A DNA stretch of 64,000 bases from Felis catus. Its lineage: Eukaryota. Below are positions 1 to 11,698 of this stretch, piece after piece. Numbering within the stretch: the first letter of the stretch is position 1; every line of letters begins with the position of its first letter. The translations under genes were made by a program, and so were the position numbers. The DNA lies in assembly GCF_018350175.1 (NCBI RefSeq), contig NC_058368.1:20958001-21022000 (forward strand), given 5' to 3'. Under the pieces are notes generated by a model. That model was not told the DNA's origin and did not search any database. It saw only the letters and a list, made by a program, of their open reading frames with translations.

Positions 1-700
1 CCAACATAAACAAAGTTTTGATTAAAGAGAGAATTTTCCCACTTTTTCAGATGGCATGACCGTATACCCAGAAAACTCAAAAGGAAAATAATTATATTAT
101 TTTAGAATTAGGAAGAGACTCAGTAAAGTAGCTGAATACTCCTTAAATATATACAAATAAATAGGTTTCCTATTTACAGGTGGTATGGGCTGAATTGTAT
201 CCCCACTCCAAGATTCATTTGACTCTTAACCCCCAATACCTCAGAATGTGACAGTATTTGGAAATAGGGCCTATGAAGAAGTGGTTAAGTCAAACTGAAG
301 CCATTAGGGTATGTCCTAATCCAATCTGATTGGTGTCCTTATTAAAGAGGAAATTTGGAAACAGGAGAGACACCTGACATGCATGTGTGCAGAGGAAAGA
401 CTATGCAAGGACAGTGCAAGAAGATCATCAAGGAGAGAGGAGAGAGGTCAAGGAGAGAGGTCTCAAGAAACCAAACCCGCTGATACCTTGATCTTGGACT
501 GCTAGCCTCCGAAATTATGAGAAAATAAACTGCTGTTGTTTGAGCCACACAGCCTGTGCCATTTTGTTATGGTAGCCCTCGCAAACTATTACAACTAGCA
601 AAAACCGATTAAAATATAAAATGGAGGAAATAATTTCATTCGCCTAAGCTACACAAGAACAAAATACCTAGGAATAATTCTAACCAGGAAAAATCAATGT
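1..700 (+). mobile_element. Old L1 (L1M-type) ORF2 fragment, interrupted by an MLT1 LTR
   Basis: Degenerate ORF2 motifs 'tttcagatggcatgaccgtatacccagaaaactcaaaagg', 'cagtaaagtagctgaatac' and, after the LTR, 'aaaatacctaggaataattctaacc'. Confidence 0.7.
181..593 (+). mobile_element. MLT1 (ERVL-MaLR) solo LTR
   Basis: Begins 'tggtatgggctgaattgtatcccc', contains 'cctcagaatgtgacagtatttggaaatagggcc' and 'accttgatcttggact', and ends 'ttgttatggtagccctcgcaaactattaca' (TG...CA termini). Confidence 0.9.
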
Positions 701-1199
701 CTTGTTTAATTATTATTAGCATCTATCATCCCCATAAGACTCTTGGCTACAGCAGGGACCAAGTTTGCCTTCTCCACCTTTGTATCCCAAGTGCCGAGCC
801 CATACGGTAGTAGGATTATCTGCTATTGGCCACTAGAGAGGTCTCTGTCCAATACCACCATCATAGCTGTTAAGGGTGTTAAAAGGTTAGACTGTGGTCT
901 CAGTTTTGATTCATTCCCAGCCCTCCAGATCAAGTGGGTTTGTTTTTCTTCATAAGAACGTATGCAGAGCAAAAGTAATCATTTTAATCACATGTCCTTT
1001 AAACAAGTAAAGATTTAAGGCACCAATGCTTGTTATAGTGGAAATGCCATGCCAAATTGCAGTGCAACCTGGTCTCTGAGTGCCATGGTGACCGGTCAGA
1101 GACCTCTGTGCCACGGTGGCTGGTTCACAAGAACACAAGGTGTAGGTTCAGGGACTCTTTGAAGCTATTCCTGCCTTGGGGACCGAGATGCCGCCTCTT

Positions 1200-1530
1200 G
1201 CAGCCGCCTTCTCCTTCCAGGTCTTCGCCGTGCTGATTCTTTCGCCTCATCGTTGGAGCCTCAGCTCAACGTGACCTCCTCAGAGACTCATCCAGACTCA
1301 AGAACCACCCCCAATCCCTCATCCCTTCCCATCGTCCTGTTCTACTTTTAATGGCTTCTCACCACTTAACAGTTATCTTTATTTTGTTTGTGATCTGCAT
1401 TTCCTCCTGCAGATAGCAAATTCCAAGAAAGCGGGGACTTTCTGTTTTGTCTTCAGTCTCCAGGGCTGATCCCCCATTGCCTAGAACTATGCCTGCGGCA
1501 GGGTGGGCACAGAAGTATTTGCTGAGAAAA
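1200..1530 (+). mobile_element. L2 3' fragment
   Basis: Degenerate L2 tail 'tcccccattgcctagaactatgcctg...aagtatttgctga'. Confidence 0.55.
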
Positions 1531-1534
1531 TAAG

Positions 1535-1977
1535 TGATGAGACCAATAAAGAGAAGTCAAGCCTCTTTCTCTAGCTGAGATTACACAGAAATAAAGTCCC
1601 TGCCCTTGTCCTTGAGTTTTGAGAGGGAATGCCTCTTTTCCCTCCTGGTTTTCACAAGGATAGATTGTGCCTCTTTTCTCATCCCACCAAAGGGGAAGAG
1701 AGTTACTGGGTTGAGAGTGATAGCCATTCTCCTACTTTGGAGTTGAGATAACCTATCAGAATTCTCAGAATAACAGACCTTCTTCCTCCTTCCTTCTGTA
1801 ACTCAACCAGTGGGAAGCTGTGGCTGAGGGGTTCATTTGGGCTCTCATGCTGAGCTCTACCCTCAAGCTAGTCTCTATCAGTAATAAAGTGCTCCACCTG
1901 CTGACTCATGTTTTATTTATCATTTGGCTTATAAATCAGGCGGAGAGCGGTATCGGGTACCTTCAAAGATCCCAGCA
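1535..1977 (+). mobile_element. Possible ancient LTR, family not identified
   Basis: About 440 bp bounded by TG...CA, with 'aataaagtgctcc' near the 3' end. It appears to split an L2 tail ('atgaatg' resumes after it). Confidence 0.3.
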
Positions 1978-2653
1978 ATGAATGCTTGTTCATTGTTCAG
2001 TCCATTATATTGTTTCTACTGAGTTAAAAGGCTGCCACTCATAAAATGGACACCTGACCATTTATTCCTTAGCTGAAGAGGTTGAAGTCAGCCCTTAGGA
2101 AAGTTTGAGATTCACTGTTGCCACTGCAAATGGTCAAGGATGTTGAGATTAAAATATCATCTACAAAGAGATACTAGAGGAATGCTCTCTGTAATTAGAG
2201 GGGAGTCATTTACAAAGGCCAAATCTTAAAAAGAGCGGCGGTTTATGTCAGATGCTGAGCTCCCTCTGTGTGATTGTGTGTGTGCACTCACACACATGTG
2301 CTTACACGTGCACCAAAGTGAAATAGTTTTGCAGGATCTTACAGTGGACAATGGTGAAATACTGGTGGACTGACAGTTCTCAAAATGTGCATGACCCATA
2401 CAAAGAAAACAATAATAATATATATCAGAAAGGATTGTGTCTTTATGTGAGAGATTTAATACTTCTAAAGTATTTCTTTTGTTCTAGTAGAAATTGCCTT
2501 AAGAAGAAAATGACCTAAAGTCCATTTATCAATATCAGCGAGAGAAAAACACAGGTAAGAAGATTTTGAGAAGATAAAGTAATCCAGCAGACTTACTAAA
2601 ATATAGTACTACTGTAGTTAAACAAAGTGGTATCGACAAGAATCATGAGGCTA

Positions 2654-2882
2654 GGGGCGCCTGGGTGGCGCAGTCGGTTAAGCGTCCGACTTCAGCCGGG
2701 TCACGATCTCACGGTCCGTGAGTTCGAGCCCCGCATCAGGCTCTGGGCTGATGGCTCGGAGCCTGGAGCCTGCTTCCGATTCTGTGTCTCCCTCTCTCTC
2801 TGCCCCTCCCCCATTCATGCTCTGTCTCTCTCTGTCCCAAAAATAAATAAAAAACGTTGAAAAAAAAATTAAAAAAAAAAAA
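2654..2882 (+). mobile_element. Young feline Can-SINE (SINEC_Fc)
   Basis: GGGGCGCCTGGGTGGCGCAGTCGG head with A/B boxes, (CT)n and A tail. 16-bp TSD aagaatcatgaggcta at 2638-2653 and 2883-2898. Confidence 0.97.
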
Positions 2883-2939
2883 AAGAATCATGAGGCTAAA
2901 AACAAACTACACTATATACTAATTTAACATCTGCTAAAG

Positions 2940-3330
2940 CAACAATAAATTATTCAACAGTTTTGAGAAAATCAGCTGAACCATCCGATAAAAAAAAAAA
3001 ATCTACCTAGAACTTCACTTCATGTATAAAAATAGCTGTTAAGTGGATTACAAACTTCAATGTAAGATGATACCGTGAAGTTTACGTACAGGTGTGTCTG
3101 TCGGGATGAGAAAAGCTTTCTAAGCCAAAGCAATTGTATGAATCGAAAAGCAAAACGGGATTCACCTGGCCATACAAAGAATTAAAATGCCTGTGTGTCA
3201 AAAATATCGTTAATAAATAACAAAAGGACAGAAAATCCTGAAAAAGCATTTGTAGTCTTTCTGGAGGACAATATATTAGTAATCTTAACATACAAAAAAT
3301 TTTCCCAAGTCAACTGGAAATAATCCAAAA
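2940..3330 (+). mobile_element. Old L1 (L1ME-like) ORF2 fragment
   Basis: A-rich degenerate motifs 'ttattcaacag', 'aagtggattacaaacttcaatgtaag', 'gaaaagctttctaagc', 'aaaaagcatttgtag'. Confidence 0.6.
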
Positions 3331-3394
3331 CCTAGAAACGCATGCACACTCACATGCATATACACACGCACACACCCTTCAGCACAGGCAGTTG

Positions 3395-3490
3395 CGAAGA
3401 GAAGGAAACGGAGACCCAGAAAAGCTAATTAACTTACACAGGTCACACAGTTAATAAGTAGCAGACTCTAGGCAGTCTGTTCCAGAATCC
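3395..3490. mobile_element. MIR fragment
   Basis: 'gaaggaaacggagacccagaaaagctaattaactt...ggtcacacagttaataagtagcaga' matches the MIR core. Confidence 0.65.
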
Positions 3491-4849
3491 ATGCCATGCC
3501 ATGCCATGCCTTCATAGACAAGGCTTGCATAGGCAAGGCATGGACACAGCAGGGAAACAGCAAAATGCCAACGGTGTTTCTTTCTCTCTGGCTTACAGAC
3601 CTGTGGGTATTAACTTCCTTGGATGAGTTGGAGGTAGGTCTCTGACCACAAGAGATCGCATGCTGGCATCTATGCTCTTATAGACAAAGACATTCTATGA
3701 TGAATCCAGAATGATGTTCTAAGCTAAGGATCCCAGGCCCAAGTCAATGCAGTCCTCGATTGGACAATTGTCCAAAACACAGGTAGTCTATGGACACCAC
3801 AAAGGCCCCACCGGAGCCCTATCTCCTTTTGAAATTATGCTCTGAATCTCTGGCTTTCCTAGAGAAATTGATTCATATGAGATATTCCTCTAAGAAACAG
3901 ATCTCTTCACCTATTATTTTTGCAAGGGCGGAGAGTCCCAGAATGTCACATTTTTCTTGGGAAATGAGACTGTCCTGGAACTGTTATATTGGCACATTTA
4001 ACTGCATTTTCTTCCCTTTCTTCCAACCCCCCGGCCCCCCAACCACTATGCAGATCTGGAGAGTTCCCTCTTCCCTAAGCAAGCAGGGTGACATCCTAGC
4101 ATATGAAGTAAAACAGATGTCCACCTTTTATCATCTCTTCCTCCACCATTCCCCGGGGCTTTCATTTACTGCAAACTTTCAGATAAATCACCTCCTGAAA
4201 TTAGTATCCCAGCCCCTGTATAGACGCTCTGTTTTTTCTATATTGGGCTTCTCATACCACATACCAATTACCCAGATTCATCCCATAATAGGCTACAAAT
4301 GTCAGTGCTCTTTTTTTCTTCTTTGTTCCCTGTTGCATCTGCAACATCCCACACCAAGAAAAGCAAATACCAGAGAGAGATATGGCCAGATGATTTCATA
4401 ATTACTCAGACTACGCCAAGATGTCCCAAAGTCATAGACCTGCTTGAGTTTTCAGTGTTTGTTCCATATTTTAACCTTGACCTCTCTCAGTGTCTTTCTG
4501 CGCTTCCATTGCACAAAGCACCATCTCCTTCCCAGAAGAAGCATTCTCTAGATGTGACGACCAAGTCTCTCCTATGTTGGAGGCCTTCAACACCTACCTG
4601 TTGATTCCCCCCGGGGGGCCAGGCCTCCATCCATGCTACTGGCTGGTCTTGAAAGTTCTCACAACCCCACCTCACTGCTTCTCCGTTTTCTGCTCCCAAA
4701 TCCTGGGAAAGCCCACACAATCTTGTGAGTGAGAAGGGGTTTAAAGCAGCCACGTGGCAACCCCGAAGTTCCCAGTTGGAACTTTGTGGATAGGACCCTT
4801 TTCCTCCCAAGGCTGCACTAGACCCCCATTTTGGCCACTATGTCAGCAC

Positions 4850-5730
4850 ACAGCATTCTTCCCTTTACCTAGAATATCATCTCTGTCCTCTCCAACTTTG
4901 TCCTCTTAACAATCTGCCATTCCTTCTTCAGGGTTCATTCAAGGATTTCCTTCTCTAAAGAAACTTTTCTGCCTCCCTGCCACAATGAGGTCCCTCTGCT
5001 CTGGACTCCCATATTACTTTATAGAAATCCCCCACTATATCCTGTATCTGTTAGCTTTTTAATTGGCTGCATAAATAGAAAACTCCAGAATAATAGTGGC
5101 TTTAACAAGATAGAAACTTATTTCTCATGTTAAAAATAAAACAAAACAAATGAGAAGTAAGCAGTCCAGGGTTGATAACACTGCTTTGTGGTGTCATCAG
5201 AGACCTGGGCTATATCTCCCAGCACTCTAGCACTTGACCTCCATAGTCAAGTTCCCTTCATGTTTTAAGATACCTGCTTGAGTTTCCGGTTAGAAAAAGG
5301 AGTAAAGGCAACTGTGAAAAAAAGCAGTCCTTCGTCCTAAGTTAGCTTCCTTTCAGCAATCCTCTTGGAAAATCCATTATGTCTCTATTTACATCTCCCC
5401 AGACCATACCTAAAGGCAGAGCAAGCTGGGAAATGTAACTGGTTGTTCTTGGTGATCACGTAACCAGACATAAACTGGGATTCATTTCTAAGGAGAAATA
5501 GGTAAGCAGATATTGGGGTAGGTAACTGTAGCCTCTGACACACAGCCCGTATTATGAACTACAATTACTTGTTTCTATTTATCTACCTTCCCTCTACATT
5601 ATAAGCTTCTTGAGGTCCAGGATGTACTTCATTATCTCTAAGTCCACAGCAGCTTAAACAACGATCAGCATAAAAACAGGACACCAGAACACGTCACCAG
5701 AACAGATACTCAAAAAATACAAGAATAAAT
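4850..5730 (+). mobile_element. L2 fragment split by an MLT1 LTR
   Basis: L2-like 'ccattccttcttcagggttc' upstream of the LTR; 'acattataagcttcttgaggtccagga...tactcaaaaaata' downstream. Confidence 0.55.
5043..5543 (-). mobile_element. Old MLT1 (J/K-like) solo LTR
   Basis: 'tgtatctgttagc...aatagtggctttaacaagatagaaacttatttctc...gcagtccagg...gctgggaaatgtaa...cctctgacaca'. Confidence 0.75.
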
Positions 5731-6678
5731 GAGGTACGTCATTCCAATGTAAAAGTATGCCCTAATTATATGAAATCAATTCAATGCAACAAGCATTTAT
5801 TAAGTACCATCTATTTTCAAGACTCTGGAAGAAAATAAGATCTAGCTTTAAGCAAAAGGCTCTGCACATACCTTATAAATTAAGTCAAAGTATTAACAGA
5901 AATTTAATCAAGCCAAGGTACTGTTAGAGAATCCAAACCAACATGAAAACTCTAGGAAGAACTTTATCTTGCCAGTATCTGAGGCCCATGCATGTCAAGT
6001 TGCCTCTTTTCTCTCTATTCTCCAGAACTTCACAGGGCATCCACAGATGAGGAGAAAAAAGCTAAATAATTTGCTCGCCACTGACATAGTTGGAGAGAAA
6101 ATCAAAATCTTCTAGCTTTAAGTCCATCAAATTAGTCACCATCAAATTGCCAGCCACATTGCCAGCTCACAGCAAGTGAGCTGATAACAGGTTCTTACTG
6201 ATAAGTGAATGTCTTTCAATGGACATGTCCTGCTTTTTGGTTTCCATTTAAACTTTACCACTGGTGAGTCAGAAACCCATCTCACTCTGGCGACTGGATT
6301 TATAAATGTCAACCAGAAGACATCCATACTGGTTAAACAGGAGCTTGTAAAGACAATGCCAGGCAGCAAAATTTGATCAATAAGCACTAATCAACCCAGT
6401 TTGGTGGGAACCTCCTATGAATATAACCAAATCTAAGTTCTACAAATTATCTTGATGACTCATTTTACAGGAAAATATGTCGCAGTCCCAGAGCTCTCTG
6501 AGAACCTAAATATTCTCATAACTCTCCTGAAATAATTTCCCCCTTGTAAAGATAGACTCAGTTAAAAGTAACTGTAAAAATAAATTATTTGACAAGTTAT
6601 TCCACTTTGACACTATGAAAAGTCTACTTCCTAAGATGTTTTCATTATTTGAATAATTTCTACGAAAATTCTACTTCA

Positions 6679-6897
6679 GGGGCGCCTGGGTGGCGCAGTC
6701 GGTTAAGCGTCCGACTTCAGCCAGGTCACGATCTCGCGGTCCGTGAGTTCGAGCCCCGCGTCGGGCTCTGGGCTGATGGCTCGGAGCCTGGAGCCTGTTA
6801 CCGATTCTGTGTCTCCCTCTCTCTCTGCCCCTCCCCCGTCCATGCTCTATCTCTCTCTGTCCCAAAAATAAATAAACGTTGAAAAAAAAAAAATAAA
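6679..6897 (+). mobile_element. Young feline Can-SINE (SINEC_Fc)
   Basis: Near-consensus body with CpGs intact. 15-bp TSD gaaaattctacttca at 6664-6678 and 6898-6912. Confidence 0.97.
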
Positions 6898-8888
6898 GAA
6901 AATTCTACTTCATAAGATGTTCCCATTATTTAAATAATTTTTTAAGACTGTAAATGGTTTTGAAAATGTGTCATATAAAAAATTAGGACAGGCTTTTTCA
7001 ACTTCTGGTTACCAAGTTTGAGACCCTGTGAAATGGAACGCAATATGATCCTTGTTTAAAATGTCCATATTTATTGTGTGTTTTATCCTGGGAACAAGGC
7101 CTAATCCAGGGACATTTTGAGCTCATCAGATATGTAAATTGTTTTTCAAACACTTTGGGGTTACCACAAAACCTAAAGTGCTTTTAGCCAACCAAGCACT
7201 TTCTCCCTTTAGTTGAAAAGCCAATTGTATTTTTTCTAGGAAAATCTAATTCAGATGTTACTGATTCACTTGCACTTAAATAATTAAAATACTGTTTTGT
7301 AAAAACTGATCAGTGTGCAAGAAAGCTCTTATGTCTCTGGTCTAAGCCTCTTCAAGTCTGTTTTCTGAAAAACAGGAAGCCTTGCTTTGCCAAGAGTAAG
7401 CCAACTGCAATGGCACACTTGGGTTGAAAGTCTAATTTCGGTGCAAATCCAAAGCCATCATTTGAAGAAGGGTGAATCGTGTGAAGGCATCTCCTTCTGC
7501 CCTTTCCATCTCTACAGGATTGGCTATAAACCTGCTTCTGAGTGCAGGTAAATTCCCAGCTCAGGATGCTGAAAGGACCCACAGGCCTTTATCATGAACA
7601 CATTTGGAAACTTCTGAGGCTTGCAATATTTCTTTCTAACAACAATCTTGCTCTGGTTGATTTCTAAGCATCAGTAAGATTGTTTTTCAAGCCTGGATCA
7701 ATTAAATTATGGCAATGCACGTGCATATTCCCAGGAGTCTACAGTGCTCTATCAGGATTTACTTTTTTTGTGGGGCAGTGGAGGGGTGGGGAGAAGAGGG
7801 AGGAAGGGATTACGTCTATCAAAATCTTCTGAAAAGTAATATAAGGATATTCTGGATCAACTGGGAGATAATAATGGAGCAAATAACTTTCGTACACACA
7901 TACTTTTGTTTGGGATCTCCTTCTGATTGCCGCAATTAATTCTATTTCAACCACCCCCTATTAATGAGTAAGGCACTGGCTGCCTCTTCCCCTGCACTGC
8001 ACCTTCCAATCCTATACTCACATTGTGAGGATTCGCTGGAATAAACATGTAATGAAAACCTGACACATTGGAAGCACTCCATAAAAAGTAGGTAATATTA
8101 CTTTGCAGACTTTCATGCAACACATGAACACTCAACAGAGTATATTTGTTGCCACTTCTTAAAGCAAATGCATTAAAAATAGTCTGTATCAAGTTATTGC
8201 AGTTAAGTGCAACACAATAAGCCCAGACCATATCAGTTTCCTGAACTGCATTGACTATGGAATTCAGAAGGTATCCTGTGGCCCTTAGCAAATTCTCACC
8301 TCCATCCAGACATACAGCTGGTTTAAGGGAAATCCAAACCCAGCTGCTAGCAATGAATATTCTTGGTGTCCATGTGGAAGGGTTGTCATGACACATGTGT
8401 CATGATCCAGAATTCTTCACGTTAACAAAAGCCCTTCTTAAATTTCGGAAGTTGATAATGGGAGTTTCCCTGTCTTCGAGGAAAAAACAATCTTCCATCC
8501 TGTGAAAGGTTTCCTTCTGGCTGTTAGCTGAATACCTTAGCTTCAAAAAAGTCTGGGGACACCACTGACAGAGGGCAGCTGGACACAGACAAGAAAAGGC
8601 CATTAATTAGGATTGTGGCAGTTGATGTGATCGCACAAATATGTAATTAGCGCCTACTGTATTAGTCACTGTGCTTGATGCCATTAGAGACAGAAAACAG
8701 TAAGATCCAATTCAGTACCTGTCTTCAAGTTTAAGGAGCTTGAAAAAAAAAAAGGACATTAGATTGGAATACAATTAATAATGAAAAGAATATGAAAAAG
8801 ACTATGAGTGATACATGAAACAGTCCAGCGTAGCACTAAAAAAAAACTGGAGGCATTTGGAGGAGATGACATTTAACATGTGTCTAGA

Positions 8889-9114
8889 GGGGTGCCTGGG
8901 TGGCTCAGTCGGTTATGCGGCCGACTTCAGCTCAGGTCACGATCTCGTGGTTCACGAGTTCGAACCCCACATTGGGCTCTATGCTGACAGCTCAGAGTCT
9001 AGAGCCTGTTTCGGATTCTGTCTCCCTCTCTGTCCCTCCTCCACTCATGTTCTGTGTCAAAAATAATAAATAAATAAATAAATAAATGGATAAATAAATA
9101 AATAAATAAATAAA
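8889..9114 (+). mobile_element. Can-SINE with (TAAA)n tail
   Basis: SINEC body and (TAAA)n tail at about 9063-9114. TSD atgtgtctaga at 8878-8888 and 9115-9125. Confidence 0.95.
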
Positions 9115-9399
9115 ATGTGTCTAGAAATAGTGGTGATATTTAACAGGTAACTATGAAAGATAATGCCATAAGTGAGAAATTTGTCTATACCAGTTTCTTC
9201 ATTAGGGAAGTATTTTTATCTCCTTATATCTCAGTGCCTGGAGCATAATAAACACTGATTAATGTTGAAGTAAGTAATGGAGTGATTAATAGAGTGTTTA
9301 AACTTAATTGATATTTGGAAGATGACAATAAATATTGAATCACTGAATGAGTCAATGGGTACAATCCTCCAAATTAAGTAATTCTGGCGCAAAATCATA

Positions 9400-9530
9400 T
9401 GATCCACTCTTATTCATTAGGTAGGAAAGCTGAAGCCCAGAGAGCAGATTGATGGCATTAGCCTAGCTCACAGGACTAGAACTAGGACTGGAACCCATGT
9501 GTTTTCAATGTCAGTGATCTTTCCTCTCTT
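9400..9530. mobile_element. MIR fragment
   Basis: 'ggtaggaaagctgaagcccagagag...ggactggaacccatg'. Confidence 0.5.
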
Positions 9531-10624
9531 TCCAGCAGCTATTATTATTAATTTTAATTCAAATGCATTTCTGCTACGTAATCTCTAATTCAGATTTCTG
9601 TGGTTCTCTCTGGAAAAATGGGGCTCACCTGTGTCAATCCCTTTATGCCCACAGTTGAAACCAGGTTGCTTTCTCCTCATCACCATGGCCATAACAACTA
9701 CTCCCTTACAGAAACCCAAATCCAGACTTCCTAACCAGCTGTGGGTCCCACTGGATCAGGGCTGATTGAGAGAGGCTGGCATTCAGTTCCTGGGCATTGC
9801 CCTGCCCCCAAGCAGAGCCACAGCAGCAAGAGCTCAGAGATGGGGTAGTCAGGGAGCAGAGACTAAGCTTGGGGGTCACTGAAAGGATTGTTTTGTTTTC
9901 TTGTGTAGTATTTCATTTTTTATAAGTGATACCCACTTTTCAAAACACAAGAATAGGACTTCTGGTAGATTTCCTCAAAGGCAACTACTGAGAGATTTGC
10001 CAAAGCCATTGCCCCAGGGGTTGGTTTAGATAAACAAGGGCACAGGGAAGCCGTGTAATCTAAACTTTCCCCTCTGGCCTATGCCAGCATTTAGCTGCCA
10101 ATAAGTAGACATGCCTTCTGCTTCCAAAAATATAAAGTGATTATACTCTTGCTACCCAAACCTACCCCTGGCCACTGCACAGACCATCACAAAGAGATGA
10201 TGAAGGACGCACTTTGTGGTATTGTTTTTGGAAAACTCTTGTTCAAAAAACTTTTGAGGGTGTGCTGTCATGAAGGGGCTGACTGCTGTGGCCAAGCCGT
10301 GGCCGCCTAATGGAGCCCGTGGAAGTGGCTCTCCCACTGGGACACATGGCTTCCATTAGTCAAGAGCCCACTGGTTTTGTGACCTCGAGTTCTCTCTCAT
10401 TGTTGTATGTGTCTGATGCTTCTCTAGGCTGGACATAAAGGTAAGAAGGAAAAACTGGAAAACTGGGTAACTATGAAAGAGAAAGAACATCTTAGGTTAC
10501 TATTATAAAGGACTTCGAAATGTCATCTTTCTTCTGAAAGCGCAGTAAATATAGAAAGATCTGCAATCCCATCTCATACCATTCTTCTTCACTCTTCACA
10601 GAAGTCCACAGCCTCCCTTACACT

Positions 10625-10684
10625 CAGGGTGACCAGGTCATCCCAGTTTGCCTGCAACTTCCCTGGTTTTAGTACTGGAAGTTC
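10625..10684 (+). mobile_element. MER81 (hAT-Blackjack MITE) half element
   Basis: 'cagggtgaccaggtcatcccagtttgcctgcaacttccctggttttagtactggaagt' resembles the MER81 5' end (AGGGTGACCA TIR). Confidence 0.7.
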
Positions 10685-10844
10685 CTCAAAGGCCCACTGC
10701 TAGTAATGACCTTGTGCTAGTGATAAACATAGGAAGAACAGAATGGAAGAAAGAGGAATATTAGGCCACCCTCTACTGCTGCAGGCATTGTCCAAAATTC
10801 TCCAAGGAATAAAGAAAATCTTCTTCAAGACTATGCAGGGTAGA

Positions 10845-10965
10845 GGGGTGCCTGGGTGGCTTAGTCAGTTAAATATCTGACTTTGGCTCAGGTCATAATC
10901 TTGTGGTTCAAGAGTTCAATCCCTGTGTCAATGAAAATCCCTGTGTCTGTAGAGCCTACTACAGA

Positions 10966-11023
<58 letters not shown>

Positions 11024-11130
11024 CTCTGACCCTCCCCTGCTCATGCTCAGACTCTCTCAATAAATAGATAAATATGTAAATAAACAAATAAACACACAAA
11101 CACACATACATTTTTTAAAAAAAAATTTTA
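10845..11130 (+). mobile_element. Can-SINE containing a (TG)25 microsatellite
   Basis: SINEC head. 18-bp TSD aagactatgcagggtaga at 10827-10844 and 11131-11148. Confidence 0.95.
10969..11018. repeat. (TG)25 microsatellite
   Basis: Perfect TG run counted directly. Confidence 0.98.
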
Positions 11131-11476
11131 AAGACTATGCAGGGTAGAAAATAAGCATAACATCAGGGGTCCTAAATAATAGCCTATTTTGAAAGATTTT
11201 GGGAATCTTGCACTTGACATGATGTGCAATAAATTATTAAATACTTGATTCTTTCTTCTCTTTTCATCATTACTTTCACATTTCCAAAGTTTATTTTCTT
11301 CTAAATTAGCAATACCGGTGAAATGCTACCTAGTCCAACATCAATTATCTGGTTTTTTTTTTAAATGTATTGGAATGAATAGATTATGTTCTGTTCTGGA
11401 CCTCGTCTGTGGCTCACAACTCTATCTTCTGTATGCCTCAGTGCAAGAAGTAGAAAACATTCAATAAATGTCTGTT

Positions 11477-11698
11477 GGGGCGCCTGGGTGGCACAGTCGG
11501 TTAAGCATCCGACTTCAGCCAGCTCATGATCTCGCGGTCCGTGAGTTCGAGCCCCGCGTCAGGCTCTGGGCTGATGGCTCGGAGCCTGGAGCCTGTTTCC
11601 GATTCTGTGCCTCCCTCTCTCTCTGCCCCTCCCCCGTTCATGCTCTGTCTCTCTCTGTCCCAAAAATAAATAAACGTTGAAAAAAAAAATTTAAAAAA
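11477..11698 (+). mobile_element. Young feline Can-SINE (SINEC_Fc)
   Basis: Near-consensus body. TSD aaatgtctgttg at 11466-11477 and 11699-11710. Confidence 0.97.

Noticed and set aside
2654..2735. tRNA-like A/B boxes at SINE heads
   Set aside because: tRNA-derived SINE promoter; followed by (CT)n, A tail and TSD, so not a tRNA gene.
2627..2860. Recurrent ORF family 'GAPGWRSRLSVRLQPGHDL...' (also 6649, 11468, 44151 and related frames)
   Set aside because: These are translations of Can-SINE bodies, not a gene family.
3489..3545. (CCATG)4 repeat and nearby CWWG motifs resembling a p53 element or hairpin
   Set aside because: Every decamer mismatches RRRCWWGYYY; a simple repeat explains it.
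3790..4401. 203-aa ORF, the longest in the window
   Set aside because: No recognisable domain, composition typical of non-coding DNA and no convincing splice context.
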